The translations under genes were made by a program, and so were the position numbers. Under the pieces are notes generated by a model, which was given only the letters and a program-made list of their open reading frames with translations, ran no database searches and was not told the DNA's origin. A stretch of DNA of 64,000 nucleotides from positions 96,001 to 160,000 of the forward strand of contig CAVVUN010000008.1 in NCBI GenBank assembly GCA_963751455.1, written 5' to 3'. Shown piece after piece: positions 30,005 through 39,867 of this stretch; the stretch's first letter is position 1; the number at the start of each line of letters is the position of its first letter. The DNA comes from Nitrospirota bacterium (lineage in GTDB: Bacteria; Nitrospirota; UBA9217).

Positions 30005-31072
30005 ATGGACACTGCAATATTTAATCAGATTCTTCAGATTGCCTTCCAGAAAAGGGTCTCGGATATCCATTTCGAGGTCGACAACCCACCGATGTTCCGG
30101 GCACGCGGCCATCTTATCCGCTCCAAGCTCGGGAACTTGACGAAACAGGATACCGAGTTTGTCGCAACCGCGGTCATGGCGCAGCACAACCGGAAGCTGC
30201 CCGAAGACTTAAGGGAATTTGATACTTCCTTTACGCTCGCGAATGTCGGCCGCTTCCGGGTGAGCATCTTCCGGCAGCGCGGCAATCTCGGCATTGTTAT
30301 GCGCGTTATACCTCACCAGATAGGTACGTTCGAGGAGTTGAATCTTCCGCCGGTGCTCGGGAGGATTGCGCAGGCTCCTAACGGCCTTATTCTCGTCACC
30401 GGGCCGACCGGCAACGGCAAATCAACGACGCTCGCTTCCATGATGCGGTTTATCAATGATAACTTCGATTACAATATTATTACGATCGAGGACCCGATCG
30501 AGTTTCTGTTCGCTTCGAACAAAAGCTGTATTATCCAGAGGGAAGTAGGCATCGATACGGAAAGTTTCACCGTTGCTCTACGGTCTGCAATGCGCATGAA
30601 TCCGGACGTCATCATGGTCGGAGAACTGCGCGATCTCGAAACCGTAGACTCCTGCGTGAAGGCCGCCGAGACGGGCCACCTGGTATTGTCCACGCTGCAT
30701 ACCCATAATACGGCTCAATCCATCAACCGTATTGTCGGTTATTTTCCGCCCCAGGCGCATGAAAATATCAGGCAACGGCTGGCGGAAAGCCTTATAGCAA
30801 TTATCTCTCTCCGGCTGGTACGAGGGAAAAAAGACGAAACTATTCTTCCCGTCCTTGAAGTGATGTATGCAACTTCTTCCATTAAGGCGTGTATCAGGGA
30901 CAATCACCTCGATGAGATTGAGCAGTACATCGAAAAGGGACGCGACGAATACGGCATGCAGACAATGGACCAGCATCTCATTGACCTCTGCAAAGCGGAA
31001 CTCTTGACTCTCGAAGAGGCGAAGCGCATCTCTCGCTCGAAAGATCTTGAGCGTAAACTGACCTACAGTTAG
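30005..31072 (+). CDS. pilT: PilT/PilU-family type IV pilus retraction ATPase paralog
   Basis: SDIHF, GPTGNGKSTT, TIEDPIE, PDVIMVGELRD, AAETGHLVLSTLH, GMQTMDQ; AIRNLIRE motif degenerate (SIKACIRD). Confidence 0.85.
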   Translation: MDTAIFNQILQIAFQKRVSDIHFEVDNPPMFRARGHLIRSKLGNLTKQDTEFVATAVMAQHNRKLPEDLREFDTSFTLANVGRFRVSIFRQRGNLGIVMRVIPHQIGTFEELNLPPVLGRIAQAPNGLILVTGPTGNGKSTTLASMMRFINDNFDYNIITIEDPIEFLFASNKSCIIQREVGIDTESFTVALRSAMRMNPDVIMVGELRDLETVDSCVKAAETGHLVLSTLHTHNTAQSINRIVGYFPPQAHENIRQRLAESLIAIISLRLVRGKKDETILPVLEVMYATSSIKACIRDNHLDEIEQYIEKGRDEYGMQTMDQHLIDLCKAELLTLEEAKRISRSKDLERKLTYS

Positions 31073-31166
31073 AACACGTGAATAGATCTAACAACTACAG
31101 AAACTCAGCTTATGTGTACCTTAGCCTGCTTTTCTCAGTGACTCCGTGTCTCCGTGGTGAATTTTT

Positions 31167-31583
31167 ATGAAAAGCTATCGCAAAGAGCTCTGGTTCAATG
31201 TTCCGTCACGCCGGGGGTTCATCAACATTACCCCGCAGGTCGAAGAATGCGTCCGGACAAGCGGTGTGTGGGACGGCCTCGTGCTGGTTAACGCCATGCA
31301 TATAACAGCCTCGGTCTTCATCAATGACGACGAGCGCGGCCTGCTCGGAGATTTCGAAAAATGGCTCGAGAAACTGGCGCCCCATGAGCCTACCTCCCAG
31401 TACGCCCATAACTCCGGGGAGGACAACGCGGACGCGCATCTGAAACGCTCGATCATGGGACGAGATGTCACCGTCGCGATAACCAACGGCAAGCTGGACT
31501 TCGGACCGTGGGAGCAGATCTTCTATGGGGAGTTCGACGGGAAAAGAAAAAAGCGGGTCCTGGTCAAAATTATCGGCGAGTAA
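31167..31583 (+). CDS. yjbQ: YjbQ/UPF0047 family protein
   Basis: [36 protein letters not shown]. Confidence 0.92.
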   Translation: MKSYRKELWFNVPSRRGFINITPQVEECVRTSGVWDGLVLVNAMHITASVFINDDERGLLGDFEKWLEKLAPHEPTSQYAHNSGEDNADAHLKRSIMGRDVTVAITNGKLDFGPWEQIFYGEFDGKRKKRVLVKIIGE

Positions 31584-31855
31584 AGCCCTCCAATGGTTCG
31601 GCTGTGTTGTCTTTACCTGCCACAACACACTTCTCCAGGATTTTGTTCTATTTAGATCTAAATTTTAAACTCTCACTCCGCAACAGCCCCCATCGTGTAT
31701 GTACACTTCGGTCACAACGTCTCCCGGAATTCCACGTCCCTCCGGAATTCTCAAACTGCTCTTGCTTACCCTGAAGTGAAGTTGTAGCATGAACGCGTGT
31801 TACTTTAGGGTTACTCTTCCGTCAATCCGGTTCGCGATTCATAAAGGGAAGCTGA

Positions 31856-34348
31856 ATGAAAAAAACATTTCTGTTGTTGGCATTGATTTTGTGCTTTGTC
31901 GCGATGTTGACCTCCTGCGGCGGCGGTGTCGGCGAAAGCGGCGGCACGACAGCTTCGTATTATGCAAACTGGACCTGCGGCACGAGCACACAATGTGTCT
32001 CGGTCATGGGCGCGGCGAGCGGCTCTCAAGGCCCGTTCTCAGCCTTATCTGCCTGCGAGTCATGGTGCGACACCTACATCCCGGGAGCCTGCAGTTGTTC
32101 CTCGACTGCGGGTGGTGGCGGCGGTGGAGCGACATACACCGTAACCTATAACGGCAATGGCGCTACCAGCGGATTCGTCCCGGTTGACTCAACCGGTTAC
32201 AAACAGGCGCAGACCGTCACGGTGCTCGGCGCAGGAACCATCGTTAAGACCGGCTACTTCTTCTCGGGCTGGAATAGGAATAGTTACGGATCCGGAACGA
32301 ACTATACGCAGGGGCAGACATTTGCGATGGGTTCTGCAAATGTTGTCCTGTACGCGAAGTGGACCTCAACCGCAACGTATCGCGTAACCTATAACGGCAA
32401 CGGCAATACAGGCGGCAGCGACCCGACTGACTCTACCAACTACCTGCAGGGGCAGACAGCCACGCTGCTCGGCCCAGGCAACCTCGTAAAGACCGGCTAC
32501 TACTTTTCAGGCTGGAATACGACAAGTAATGGATACGGATCGAATTATACGGCCTCGCAGTCAGTTGTGATGGGTCCTGCAAATCTTGTCCTGTACGCGA
32601 AGTGGACCACAAATCCTACATATACCGTAACCTATAACGGCAACGGCAATACAGGCGGCAGCGTCCCGATTGATCCAACCAGCTACGAGCAGGGAAGCAC
32701 CGTTACGGTGCCCGGAAATACAGGCAATCTGGTAAAAACCGGGTATTTCTTCTCAGGCTGGAATACGCTGGCGAACGGCTCCGGCTCGTCCTACACGCAG
32801 GGGCAGACTTTTGCGATGGGTTCTGCAAATACTACCCTGTATGCGAAGTGGGCTCCTACGTATACCGTGACCTATAACGGCAACGGTAACACCGGCGGCA
32901 GCGTCCCGGTTGATTCAACCGGCTACGAGCAGGGGCAGACGGTCACCGTGCTCGGCAATACAGGAAACCTTGTAAAAGCCGGGTCTTCCTTCTCAGGCTG
33001 GAATACGCTGGCGAACGGGTCCGGCACGTCCTACACGCAGGGGCAAACGTTTGCGATAGGTGCTGCAAATGTTACTCTGTACGCGAAGTGGACAATAAAC
33101 CCCACATACACCGTAACCTATAACGGCAACGGCGCTGCCGGCGGCAGCGTCCCGATTGATTCAACCGGCTACGAGCAGGGGCAGACGGTCACCGTGCTCG
33201 GCAATACAGGAAACCTCGTGGCGACCACCTATTCCTTCTCCGGCTGGAACACGCAGGCTGACGGATCGGGAACGAACTATGGCCAGGGACAGACCTTTAC
33301 GATGGGTGCGGTAAATGTTACCCTGTACGCCAAGTGGACCATATACGTCCCCAGCTTTGCATACGCGGCGAACGCCATCAGCAACGACATTTCGCAGTAC
33401 ACAATCGGAGCGAATGGGGCGCTTACCCCCATGACCCCGGCCACAGTCCCGGCAGGGACGTATCCCACCTCCGTCGCGGTTGGCCCCTCGGGCAGGTACG
33501 CTTACGTGACGAACGACGTCAGCAACACCGTCTCGCAGTACAGTATCAACGTGAATGGGACGCTCACCGCTATGACCCCTGCCACAATCGCGGCGGGGAC
33601 GAATCCCTACTCCGTCATAATCGACCCTGCCGGCAAGTACGCCTACGTGGCGAACGCGGGAAGCGCCAACGTTTCGCAGTACACGATCGATGCGGATGGG
33701 AAGCTCACATCCATGACGCCGGCCACGGTCGCGGCCGGGGTGGGCCCCATCTCTATCACGGTTGACTTCTCGGGCAAGTACGCGTACACAGCGAACTCGG
33801 GCAACAATAACGTTTCGCAGTACACGATCGGTGTGAATGGGGCGCTTTCGCCCATGACCCCGGCCATTGTCGCGGCTGGGCCGTATCCCACCTCCGTCAC
33901 AATCGACCCCTCGGGCAAGTACGCCTACGTAACGAACGGCAACAGCTACACCGTTTCGCAGTACACGATCGGTGCGGATGGGGCGCTCACTCCGATGACC
34001 CCGGCCACGACCGATGCGGAGTTGGAGCCCCGCTCACTTACGGTCCATCCCTCGGGCAAGTACGCGTACGTGACGAATGCCAGCGGCTACAGCAACAACG
34101 TCTCGCAGTATGCAATCGGCGCGGATGGAGCGCTCACACCCATGAACCCGTCAACGGTCGCCGCGGGAGCGGCTCCCTTGTCCCTCAGCATCGACCCCTC
34201 AGGCAAGTACGCCTATGTGGCGAACCGAGTCGATAATAACATCTCGCAGTACACGATCGGCGGAACTGGGGCGCTTTCACGCATGACCCCGATCACGGTC
34301 GGGGCGGGGACGAATCCCTACTCCATCACGACTGTTGGCAGCCAATAA
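31856..34348 (+). CDS. Surface lipoprotein: Cys-rich N-domain, 5 InlB B-type (Listeria-Bacteroides) repeats and a 7-bladed lactonase-like beta-propeller
   Basis: Lipobox LTSC; five YTVTYNGNG...F.GWN...LYAKW repeats; seven repeats of about 47 aa (YAYV.N...VSQYTIG..GALTPMTP). Confidence 0.9.
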   Translation: MKKTFLLLALILCFVAMLTSCGGGVGESGGTTASYYANWTCGTSTQCVSVMGAASGSQGPFSALSACESWCDTYIPGACSCSSTAGGGGGGATYTVTYNGNGATSGFVPVDSTGYKQAQTVTVLGAGTIVKTGYFFSGWNRNSYGSGTNYTQGQTFAMGSANVVLYAKWTSTATYRVTYNGNGNTGGSDPTDSTNYLQGQTATLLGPGNLVKTGYYFSGWNTTSNGYGSNYTASQSVVMGPANLVLYAKWTTNPTYTVTYNGNGNTGGSVPIDPTSYEQGSTVTVPGNTGNLVKTGYFFSGWNTLANGSGSSYTQGQTFAMGSANTTLYAKWAPTYTVTYNGNGNTGGSVPVDSTGYEQGQTVTVLGNTGNLVKAGSSFSGWNTLANGSGTSYTQGQTFAIGAANVTLYAKWTINPTYTVTYNGNGAAGGSVPIDSTGYEQGQTVTVLGNTGNLVATTYSFSGWNTQADGSGTNYGQGQTFTMGAVNVTLYAKWTIYVPSFAYAANAISNDISQYTIGANGALTPMTPATVPAGTYPTSVAVGPSGRYAYVTNDVSNTVSQYSINVNGTLTAMTPATIAAGTNPYSVIIDPAGKYAYVANAGSANVSQYTIDADGKLTSMTPATVAAGVGPISITVDFSGKYAYTANSGNNNVSQYTIGVNGALSPMTPAIVAAGPYPTSVTIDPSGKYAYVTNGNSYTVSQYTIGADGALTPMTPATTDAELEPRSLTVHPSGKYAYVTNASGYSNNVSQYAIGADGALTPMNPSTVAAGAAPLSLSIDPSGKYAYVANRVDNNISQYTIGGTGALSRMTPITVGAGTNPYSITTVGSQ

Positions 34349-34506
34349 ACGGAGCATGCCCCGGCGTCCTGCGGCGCCGGCATAGTTTATAGTCTCTTTT
34401 TCACCCCGTTGGGTCGCAGCCACGCTCGTTCCGATGCTTGGTATACTTATAATTTCAGGGTATCTCGGGAATCAACCAAGTGGGCATGTGAACTGGAGGC
34501 TGGCCG

Positions 34507-35232
34507 TTACAGGTTAAATGACATGACGTATGATTTGCCCGTCTCCTTTTCAATCAGGTGCAAACGAAGTGTCTTGGCGGTCTTCGCTTCGGCCGGGAAA
34601 AAAATAAACCCGTATGCGAGGTCATTCGGCTGAATCGGTTTGGTCTCGAGAGATTTCTGCTTGAGATCGTCCATAATCTCACGTTTGGCATCGCCGTATG
34701 CATACGCCTGCGACCCCCCGAGCACTGCTCCTCCTGCTCCACCGGCCGCCGCGCCCTTTCCCGCGGTACGGCTCACGTCTTCCCCTGTCAGCACCCCGAC
34801 CGCTGCCCCGATAAGAGCGCCGGCTGTTGCCCCGAAGAACCCGGAGCGGGCGCCTTCACTGAAAGTCTCCTTGGTCTGGGCATATTTCGTTGCACGGTCA
34901 TACGCGAGGTCCCGGCTCATCACGGGCCAGATCTTTCCCTCCTGGTCCTCGAGAAACGTCTGGCTGGCGTTGATCTCGAACGAGTGTCCGCTTTTATTGT
35001 CGATTACCACTTCGAGCGGCAGCATTCCTGCATTGATGATATCGAACCCGAAATTTTCCTTCGCCTCCTTGACATCCGTATACGCCCGGGCCCCCATCAT
35101 TGCGCCGTCCACGTTCTGAGCGTTCGGATATGAGCCCGGCATTTTGAAGGGCAGGGGTTTTGCTTTGTAAGACGTTGCGCAGGCTGTCACTAGCAAGAGG
35201 ACGATTAGCGGTGCGGGAAAAAATTTATTCAT
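34507..35232 (-). CDS. Lipoprotein with a glycine zipper
   Basis: GGAGG RBS; lipobox VTAC; GATAGALIGAAVG...GAAAGGAGGAVLGG. Confidence 0.8.
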   Translation of the reverse strand: MNKFFPAPLIVLLLVTACATSYKAKPLPFKMPGSYPNAQNVDGAMMGARAYTDVKEAKENFGFDIINAGMLPLEVVIDNKSGHSFEINASQTFLEDQEGKIWPVMSRDLAYDRATKYAQTKETFSEGARSGFFGATAGALIGAAVGVLTGEDVSRTAGKGAAAGGAGGAVLGGSQAYAYGDAKREIMDDLKQKSLETKPIQPNDLAYGFIFFPAEAKTAKTLRLHLIEKETGKSYVMSFNL

Positions 35233-35371
35233 GGCTTCCTCCTTAAACATCGATTCTGGAACTTAAAAGAAGCATGTTAAATGTTCCCATTTGCCGGCCA
35301 TTAAGTCAAGACACACAAAAGTTATACGGAATCTCCCGAACTCTGAACTCCCACTCTCCCTTGCCCCTGTC

Positions 35372-35442
35372 CTTCTGATTTCTGATCCTGACTTGTGACT
35401 CCTGATTTCTAACTCCTGACTCCTGACTTCTGATTCCTGACT
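35372..35442. repeat. Degenerate 7-bp tandem repeat (about 10 units, consensus near TCCTGAC/TTCTGAT)
   Basis: TTCTGATTTCTGATCCTGACTTGTGACTCCTGATTTCTAACTCCTGACTCCTGACTTCTGATTCCTGACT, directly after the stop codon of the VOC gene. Confidence 0.85.
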
Positions 35443-35956
35443 ATGCGGCAGCCTGTTCGCGATAGGCGGCTTGCTTTAACGGTTCTATCTCTATTTTTTT
35501 CATTTGCAGCATTGCTTTCATGACCCTTCTGGACTTTTCAGGGTCCGGGTCGTTCAACAGCTCGGCCAGCACAGTCGGGATTACTTGCCATGAGACGCCG
35601 TATTTGTCTTTCAGCCAGCCGCATATCTGCGACTTCGGGTCTCCGCCTTCGGAAAGTTTTTCCCAGTAGTAGTCTACTTCGTCCTGTGAATCGCAATTGA
35701 CAACGAAGGATACTGCCTCACTGAATTTGAAATGCGGCCCGCCGTTCAAGGCAACGAATTCCTGGCCTTCGATCCGGAATTCCATGGTCATAACGGTCCC
35801 TTTCGGCATTCCGGCGGCCTTTGCCGCTTCTTCGTCGTAATGGGTATATCTCAGAATCTCGGAATTCTTGAAAATCGAGGTGTAATATTTCACCGCCTCT
35901 TCTGCCCGGTTGTCGAACCACAGGAAGGGCGTTATTTTTTGAAGTTTGGTTTTCAT
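35441..35956 (-). CDS. VOC family protein (PhnB / 3-demethylubiquinone-9 3-methyltransferase-like)
   Basis: KITPFLWFD..AEEA, ALNGGPHFKF, CGWLKDKYGVSWQV. Confidence 0.9.
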   Translation of the reverse strand: MKTKLQKITPFLWFDNRAEEAVKYYTSIFKNSEILRYTHYDEEAAKAAGMPKGTVMTMEFRIEGQEFVALNGGPHFKFSEAVSFVVNCDSQDEVDYYWEKLSEGGDPKSQICGWLKDKYGVSWQVIPTVLAELLNDPDPEKSRRVMKAMLQMKKIEIEPLKQAAYREQAAA

Positions 35957-36036
35957 AGTTTTCTCCTTTATCATAGGCATCATTTTCTGTGCCACGATGA
36001 GGGCCGCGGCCAGCATAATGAGCCGGATTGCGTGCG

Positions 36037-36802
36037 TTATTCTGTCACGCCGTGGTCTTTCGGCAGACACCACACTTCTTTGATTTTGCAAAGTCTGGAA
36101 ATCATATCTTCGTACTCTTTATTAATAACGGCTCTCTCTATCATACCGAGGGGCTGAATAATGTACGCATGCTTCCCGGCGCCTAAAACAGAGGGATAGA
36201 CCATGCTGAACGTTCCCCCTATGTCTTCGTTGGTGACATTGGGCGCGTAATACATAATGTGCGGGATATTCACGGTGCTGATTTTATCGCTTTTCTCCGC
36301 GTTTTCGTACGTTCTCAGTATGGGAGACAGCATGTATGAGCTGCCGGCTCGTTCCGGCGCTTTATAGTATTCTGCCTTGTAGCGGTTCTTGAAGATTTTC
36401 TTTAGTTCGACGGAAGGAGTACCTTTCGCCTGCATCTCCGCTATATCAAAAAGGACCTGCATGTGCGCCTTGACGCCTGCTTTATCAAAGGAAATAGGGA
36501 CGAGAACATCATCTCTATATTGCGTGAAAGGCCATGAACCGGCCATCGCATCATCGCCGGTCCAGGCAACGAAGGCGTGGAATCCATTGGAGCCCTTACG
36601 TGCGACTTCAAAGCCCTTTTAAAACATATACGGTCGCGTTGTCCCTGAGGTGCGGCGGGAGCGCGCTGAGCGCCAGTTGAATTTCCAGATCTCGCGGCAA
36701 CGGCTCGATTTTATTCATCACCTTAGCTTGTTTATTTTCCGCATTCGCAGTAAGCGAAATCAATAGACCCGCAATTACTGCGATTGTCTTAACCTTCCTC
36801 AT
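36037..36802 (-). pseudogene. Frameshifted secreted protein of unknown function
   Basis: Signal peptide plus EIQLALSALPPHLRDNATVYVL ends at stop 36608; coding-like sequence continues in another frame (KGFEVARKGSNGFHAFV...YMLSP...PHIMYYAP). The break is near 36620. Confidence 0.7.
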
Positions 36803-36910
36803 CTTGACCTCCTTTTTTTGATTCTGTCGATCTATAGAAAAAGTATAGCAAGTAGGCAGGAACACAGTGAAGGGGCACAATAGTATCATCAAAGAAACCT
36901 TTAAAATCCG

Positions 36911-36984
36911 TCTCACACGGAGACACGAAGCCACGAAGGAACGATAAAGGGCCTTCTTTGCGTTCTTTGCGGCTTTGCGCGAAA
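36911..36984. repeat. Periodic inverted-repeat element with hybrid arms
   Basis: Left arm TCTCACACGGAGACACGAAGCCACGAAG is 27/28 identical to the reverse complement of 7883-7910; the right arm is of the CTTTGCG type seen at 13.7 kb. Confidence 0.75.
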
Positions 36985-37019
36985 ATGCTTTTGCCTTCGG
37001 TCATTGAAACAGCGTCAGG

Positions 37020-37520
37020 GATGCCCTCAACCACATAAAGATTACTGCTGATGAGCCCGCTGCTATCACGAACCTTGAAAACCTGATCGAGGATAATAAC
37101 GGGTTCCTGCTTTTCCAGGCAATCGAAAAGGCCAAAATTGAATTGTCTTCCTATGAGAGGTCGCTGATAGGAACAGGGCCTTGAGATAAAAGAGGCTGTT
37201 GAACAGAAGGAATTCGAAGAGGCCATTATAACAGCCGTATTGTAAAGATCGTTGCGTGTATCGATGAGACAATAAAGAAAGCAGGACTAAGACCTGAGGA
37301 CATTGACGTTATTTTTACTACCGGCGGAACGTCCCATATTCCGTGCGTCAAGGGTTTGTTCGTACAACGCTTCGGTCCTGATAAAATGCAGCATAGGGAT
37401 GTCGATAGAAATATCCTTGTCCTAAAGTCCCTCTCCTTCAAGGAGAGGGACCGGGTGAGGATGGGACGCCTTTCGAGCGTTTCCTACGGACTCGTTTTGT
37501 GCGCTTCTATGTTTTTTTAA
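37020..37520 (+). pseudogene. Hsp70-family (YegD-like) C-terminal remnant
   Basis: LENLIEDNNGFLLFQAIEKAKIELS and, after frameshifts, IDETIKKAGLRPEDIDVIFTTGGTSHIPCVKGLF...SVSYGL; interrupted by a CCCTCTCC...GGAGAGGG palindrome at about 37428-37465. Confidence 0.8.
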
Positions 37521-37539
37521 TGGGTACGGCCAAGATGTG

Positions 37540-37689
37540 TTATAGTCTCGCTCTGATTCCAGCGGTTAGCCTCAAATTCTTCTTCAACTTCTCGGTCAGG
37601 TAATAGTAAAGACTCGTCATGGTACCAAGATGTATCAAATGACCATCCTCCCGCTGTTCATAAACCGTTGTGTAGTCGCGGAGTTTCAT
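37540..37689 (-). CDS. Possible 49-aa ORF coupled to the upstream gene
   Basis: TGATG overlap with the stop of 37689-38594; MKLRDYTTVYEQREDGHL...; could be a gene fragment. Confidence 0.3.
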   Translation of the reverse strand: MKLRDYTTVYEQREDGHLIHLGTMTSLYYYLTEKLKKNLRLTAGIRARL

Positions 37690-38594
37690 CAGCGTATACC
37701 ATACCATTTAGCGCACGATTCTTCCGCCCTATAGTAACATGTTGAGTATTCCGCTGATCCGTAGCCATATTGCTCTTTGCATACTTTTTTGTTTTCGTTT
37801 ATACAGTTTCTATATTGTTCTTTGTCTGGATTATTGTTTCTGTTCGTACCGCCGGAGTCCAGTCGGCGATTCTTTATCTTAAGCTCTATCTCCCGATTCT
37901 TCGACAGAGCCTCATACATTTTATCCTCAAAGCCTGAATCTATGATTTGTTTTTTATATTTTCTTTCGAGATTGTCGAACAGGGTGTTTAAAGAGCTGCC
38001 TGCTGAATTCGATTTTATACTGTACAGTCTGGCTAATTCATCTTTCAGCTCGTTGAACCTTTTTATTTCCGCTTCGGCCTGGTTTAAGGCTGTACGTGCA
38101 TTATAAAAAACATTTTCTGGCTCCACGCTTTGATTTTTCGGCGAGTCTATGTATCGGTCGACGAATTCTATTTTTTCCGACAAATCCTTGATTAATGCAG
38201 CCAGTAAACTTTTACCTACCGCTGTAGCTCTCTTCTTACTGTCAGCGGAGTATCGTTTGTTTGTTGCTGCGTAATTATTTAATGTGGTGTAGGACTTATC
38301 TAACGGGGTAATTACTTCTATGCGGGGACGCTGGTTGCGCTCAGCGAACTCAGCTTCTTTCTGATACCCGAAGCCTAAATAATACTCAGTGTCTTCGTAA
38401 TCATCCGGTATTGATGAAAGAAGGCGTACGCAGGCTGCAGGGTCATCCTGAAGACTGCTGCATTTACTGATCGCCTCTAGATATATTTTTCTTACGTCTT
38501 CGCCGACACCCCCGTTGGCTGCATCCGTAAGAGCACTTGCAGATGCAGAGTTGACATACATAAAAAAAATCAACGCAGCAATTACTGTCTTCAT
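37689..38594 (-). CDS. Secreted helical protein with a Cys-rich C-terminus, function unknown
   Basis: Signal peptide ending ASA; AT-rich codon use; C-terminal C-x7-C-x12-C-x7-C. Confidence 0.75.
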   Translation of the reverse strand: MKTVIAALIFFMYVNSASASALTDAANGGVGEDVRKIYLEAISKCSSLQDDPAACVRLLSSIPDDYEDTEYYLGFGYQKEAEFAERNQRPRIEVITPLDKSYTTLNNYAATNKRYSADSKKRATAVGKSLLAALIKDLSEKIEFVDRYIDSPKNQSVEPENVFYNARTALNQAEAEIKRFNELKDELARLYSIKSNSAGSSLNTLFDNLERKYKKQIIDSGFEDKMYEALSKNREIELKIKNRRLDSGGTNRNNNPDKEQYRNCINENKKVCKEQYGYGSAEYSTCYYRAEESCAKWYGIR

Positions 38595-38655
38595 TTTTTC
38601 TCCGTTAAACCTCTTTATGCATTAGTGTCCAAACTCGGCTTGTGCTTTGTCCTAT

Positions 38656-39867
38656 TTATCGGACCGTCCAGTCACTCAAAGCACAAACTGCACCGTTCGA
38701 CGTTCCGAAATAAAGAATTCCGAAGCCGACAAAGGGAGCAGCACCCAGCTGACCCTCGAATTGGCTCTTCCAGAGTTCTTTTCCGGAAATTGCATCCAGG
38801 CTGTAAAGATACCCTTTATCCGTACCGACATACACCACCGATCCAGCTATTGCCGCAGTCCCGTAAATGTGGCCGGTTGTTTCCGCCTGCCACTTTTCGA
38901 TGCCGGTTTTTGCATCTATTGCGAAAACCCTCCCGGAGAGGTTGCCGATAAAGACGGTTCCGTTCGCAACAGTGGGAGAAGCGGCTATCAGTGTGCCGGT
39001 GCTGAATTTCCATTTCTGTTTTCCATCCGTTACATCAATTGCATACACGTTCAGTCCGATCGCAACAAAAGCCGTCCCTTCCTCAACCGCCGCCGTGGAC
39101 GGAGCGCTGGGGTAATCTGCAAAGAAAGACCATTTCGGCGCTCCGGTTTTTATATCAACGGCCTGCACGACCGACGTAGGCGATGTTCTGGTGCCCCGGC
39201 CGAAAATAAGCAGTTTGCCGGCGATGGCAGGCGAGGAAGTTACTGAAAGCCCGCCCCGGTATCTCCATCTTTCCCTGCGCGTCGCCATATCGAGAGCAAA
39301 GACGTCGCCGCCTCTGTTTCCGAAAAAGATTGTCCCGTCATGCACGACGGGCGGGCCGAATATTCCGCTATCCGTCTTGAATTTCCACTGTTCAGCTCCG
39401 CTCTCCGCGTCGATTCCGTAGAGAATTCCTTCTTCGTTTCCGAGAAGAACGGTTTTTTCGGCGATGACAGGAGAAGAACCGAGCTCCTTTCCGGCCTTGA
39501 ACCGCCACTTCAGAGTGCCTGATGCAACGTCGATTGCATATAAACAGGTATCATAGCTTCCGACATATACGGTCCTCCCCTGTATTGCAAGAGACGCCAT
39601 TACCGCGCCGTCCAGCTGTAATTTCCAAAGCATCTCGCCTGGCTTCTGAGGACCAGGCAGGGGATAGGCCCCTGTATGCTGCGCATTTCCGAGGTACATT
39701 GCCATCGGCGTCTGTTCCCCATCACGCTCGGACTCCCGATCGTCCTTTACGCAGGATGTTATGGCGAACATGATAACCAAAATAAACGGGAGGCTGCCGT
39801 ACATAATTTCGGTAATCAGCGTGGAAGGTCTGAATGGGGGATTACCTTGAGCAACTTTTGCATTCAT
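38656..39867 (-). CDS. PQQ-binding-like (BamB-type) beta-propeller repeat protein
   Basis: Repeated SSP.V..G.VY.G..DG.LYA.D..TG...W motifs; N-terminal hydrophobic segment with ITSC. Confidence 0.9.
   Translation of the reverse strand: MNAKVAQGNPPFRPSTLITEIMYGSLPFILVIMFAITSCVKDDRESERDGEQTPMAMYLGNAQHTGAYPLPGPQKPGEMLWKLQLDGAVMASLAIQGRTVYVGSYDTCLYAIDVASGTLKWRFKAGKELGSSPVIAEKTVLLGNEEGILYGIDAESGAEQWKFKTDSGIFGPPVVHDGTIFFGNRGGDVFALDMATRRERWRYRGGLSVTSSPAIAGKLLIFGRGTRTSPTSVVQAVDIKTGAPKWSFFADYPSAPSTAAVEEGTAFVAIGLNVYAIDVTDGKQKWKFSTGTLIAASPTVANGTVFIGNLSGRVFAIDAKTGIEKWQAETTGHIYGTAAIAGSVVYVGTDKGYLYSLDAISGKELWKSQFEGQLGAAPFVGFGILYFGTSNGAVCALSDWTVR

Noticed and set aside
32130-34340. CRISPR-like regular repeats
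   Set aside because: They are in-frame coding repeats (about 240 bp and 141 bp periods) within one ORF, with no unique spacers and no cas genes.
35372-35442. Phase-variation microsatellite
   Set aside because: Units are degenerate and lie after a stop codon, so they cannot shift a reading frame; kept only as a repeat.
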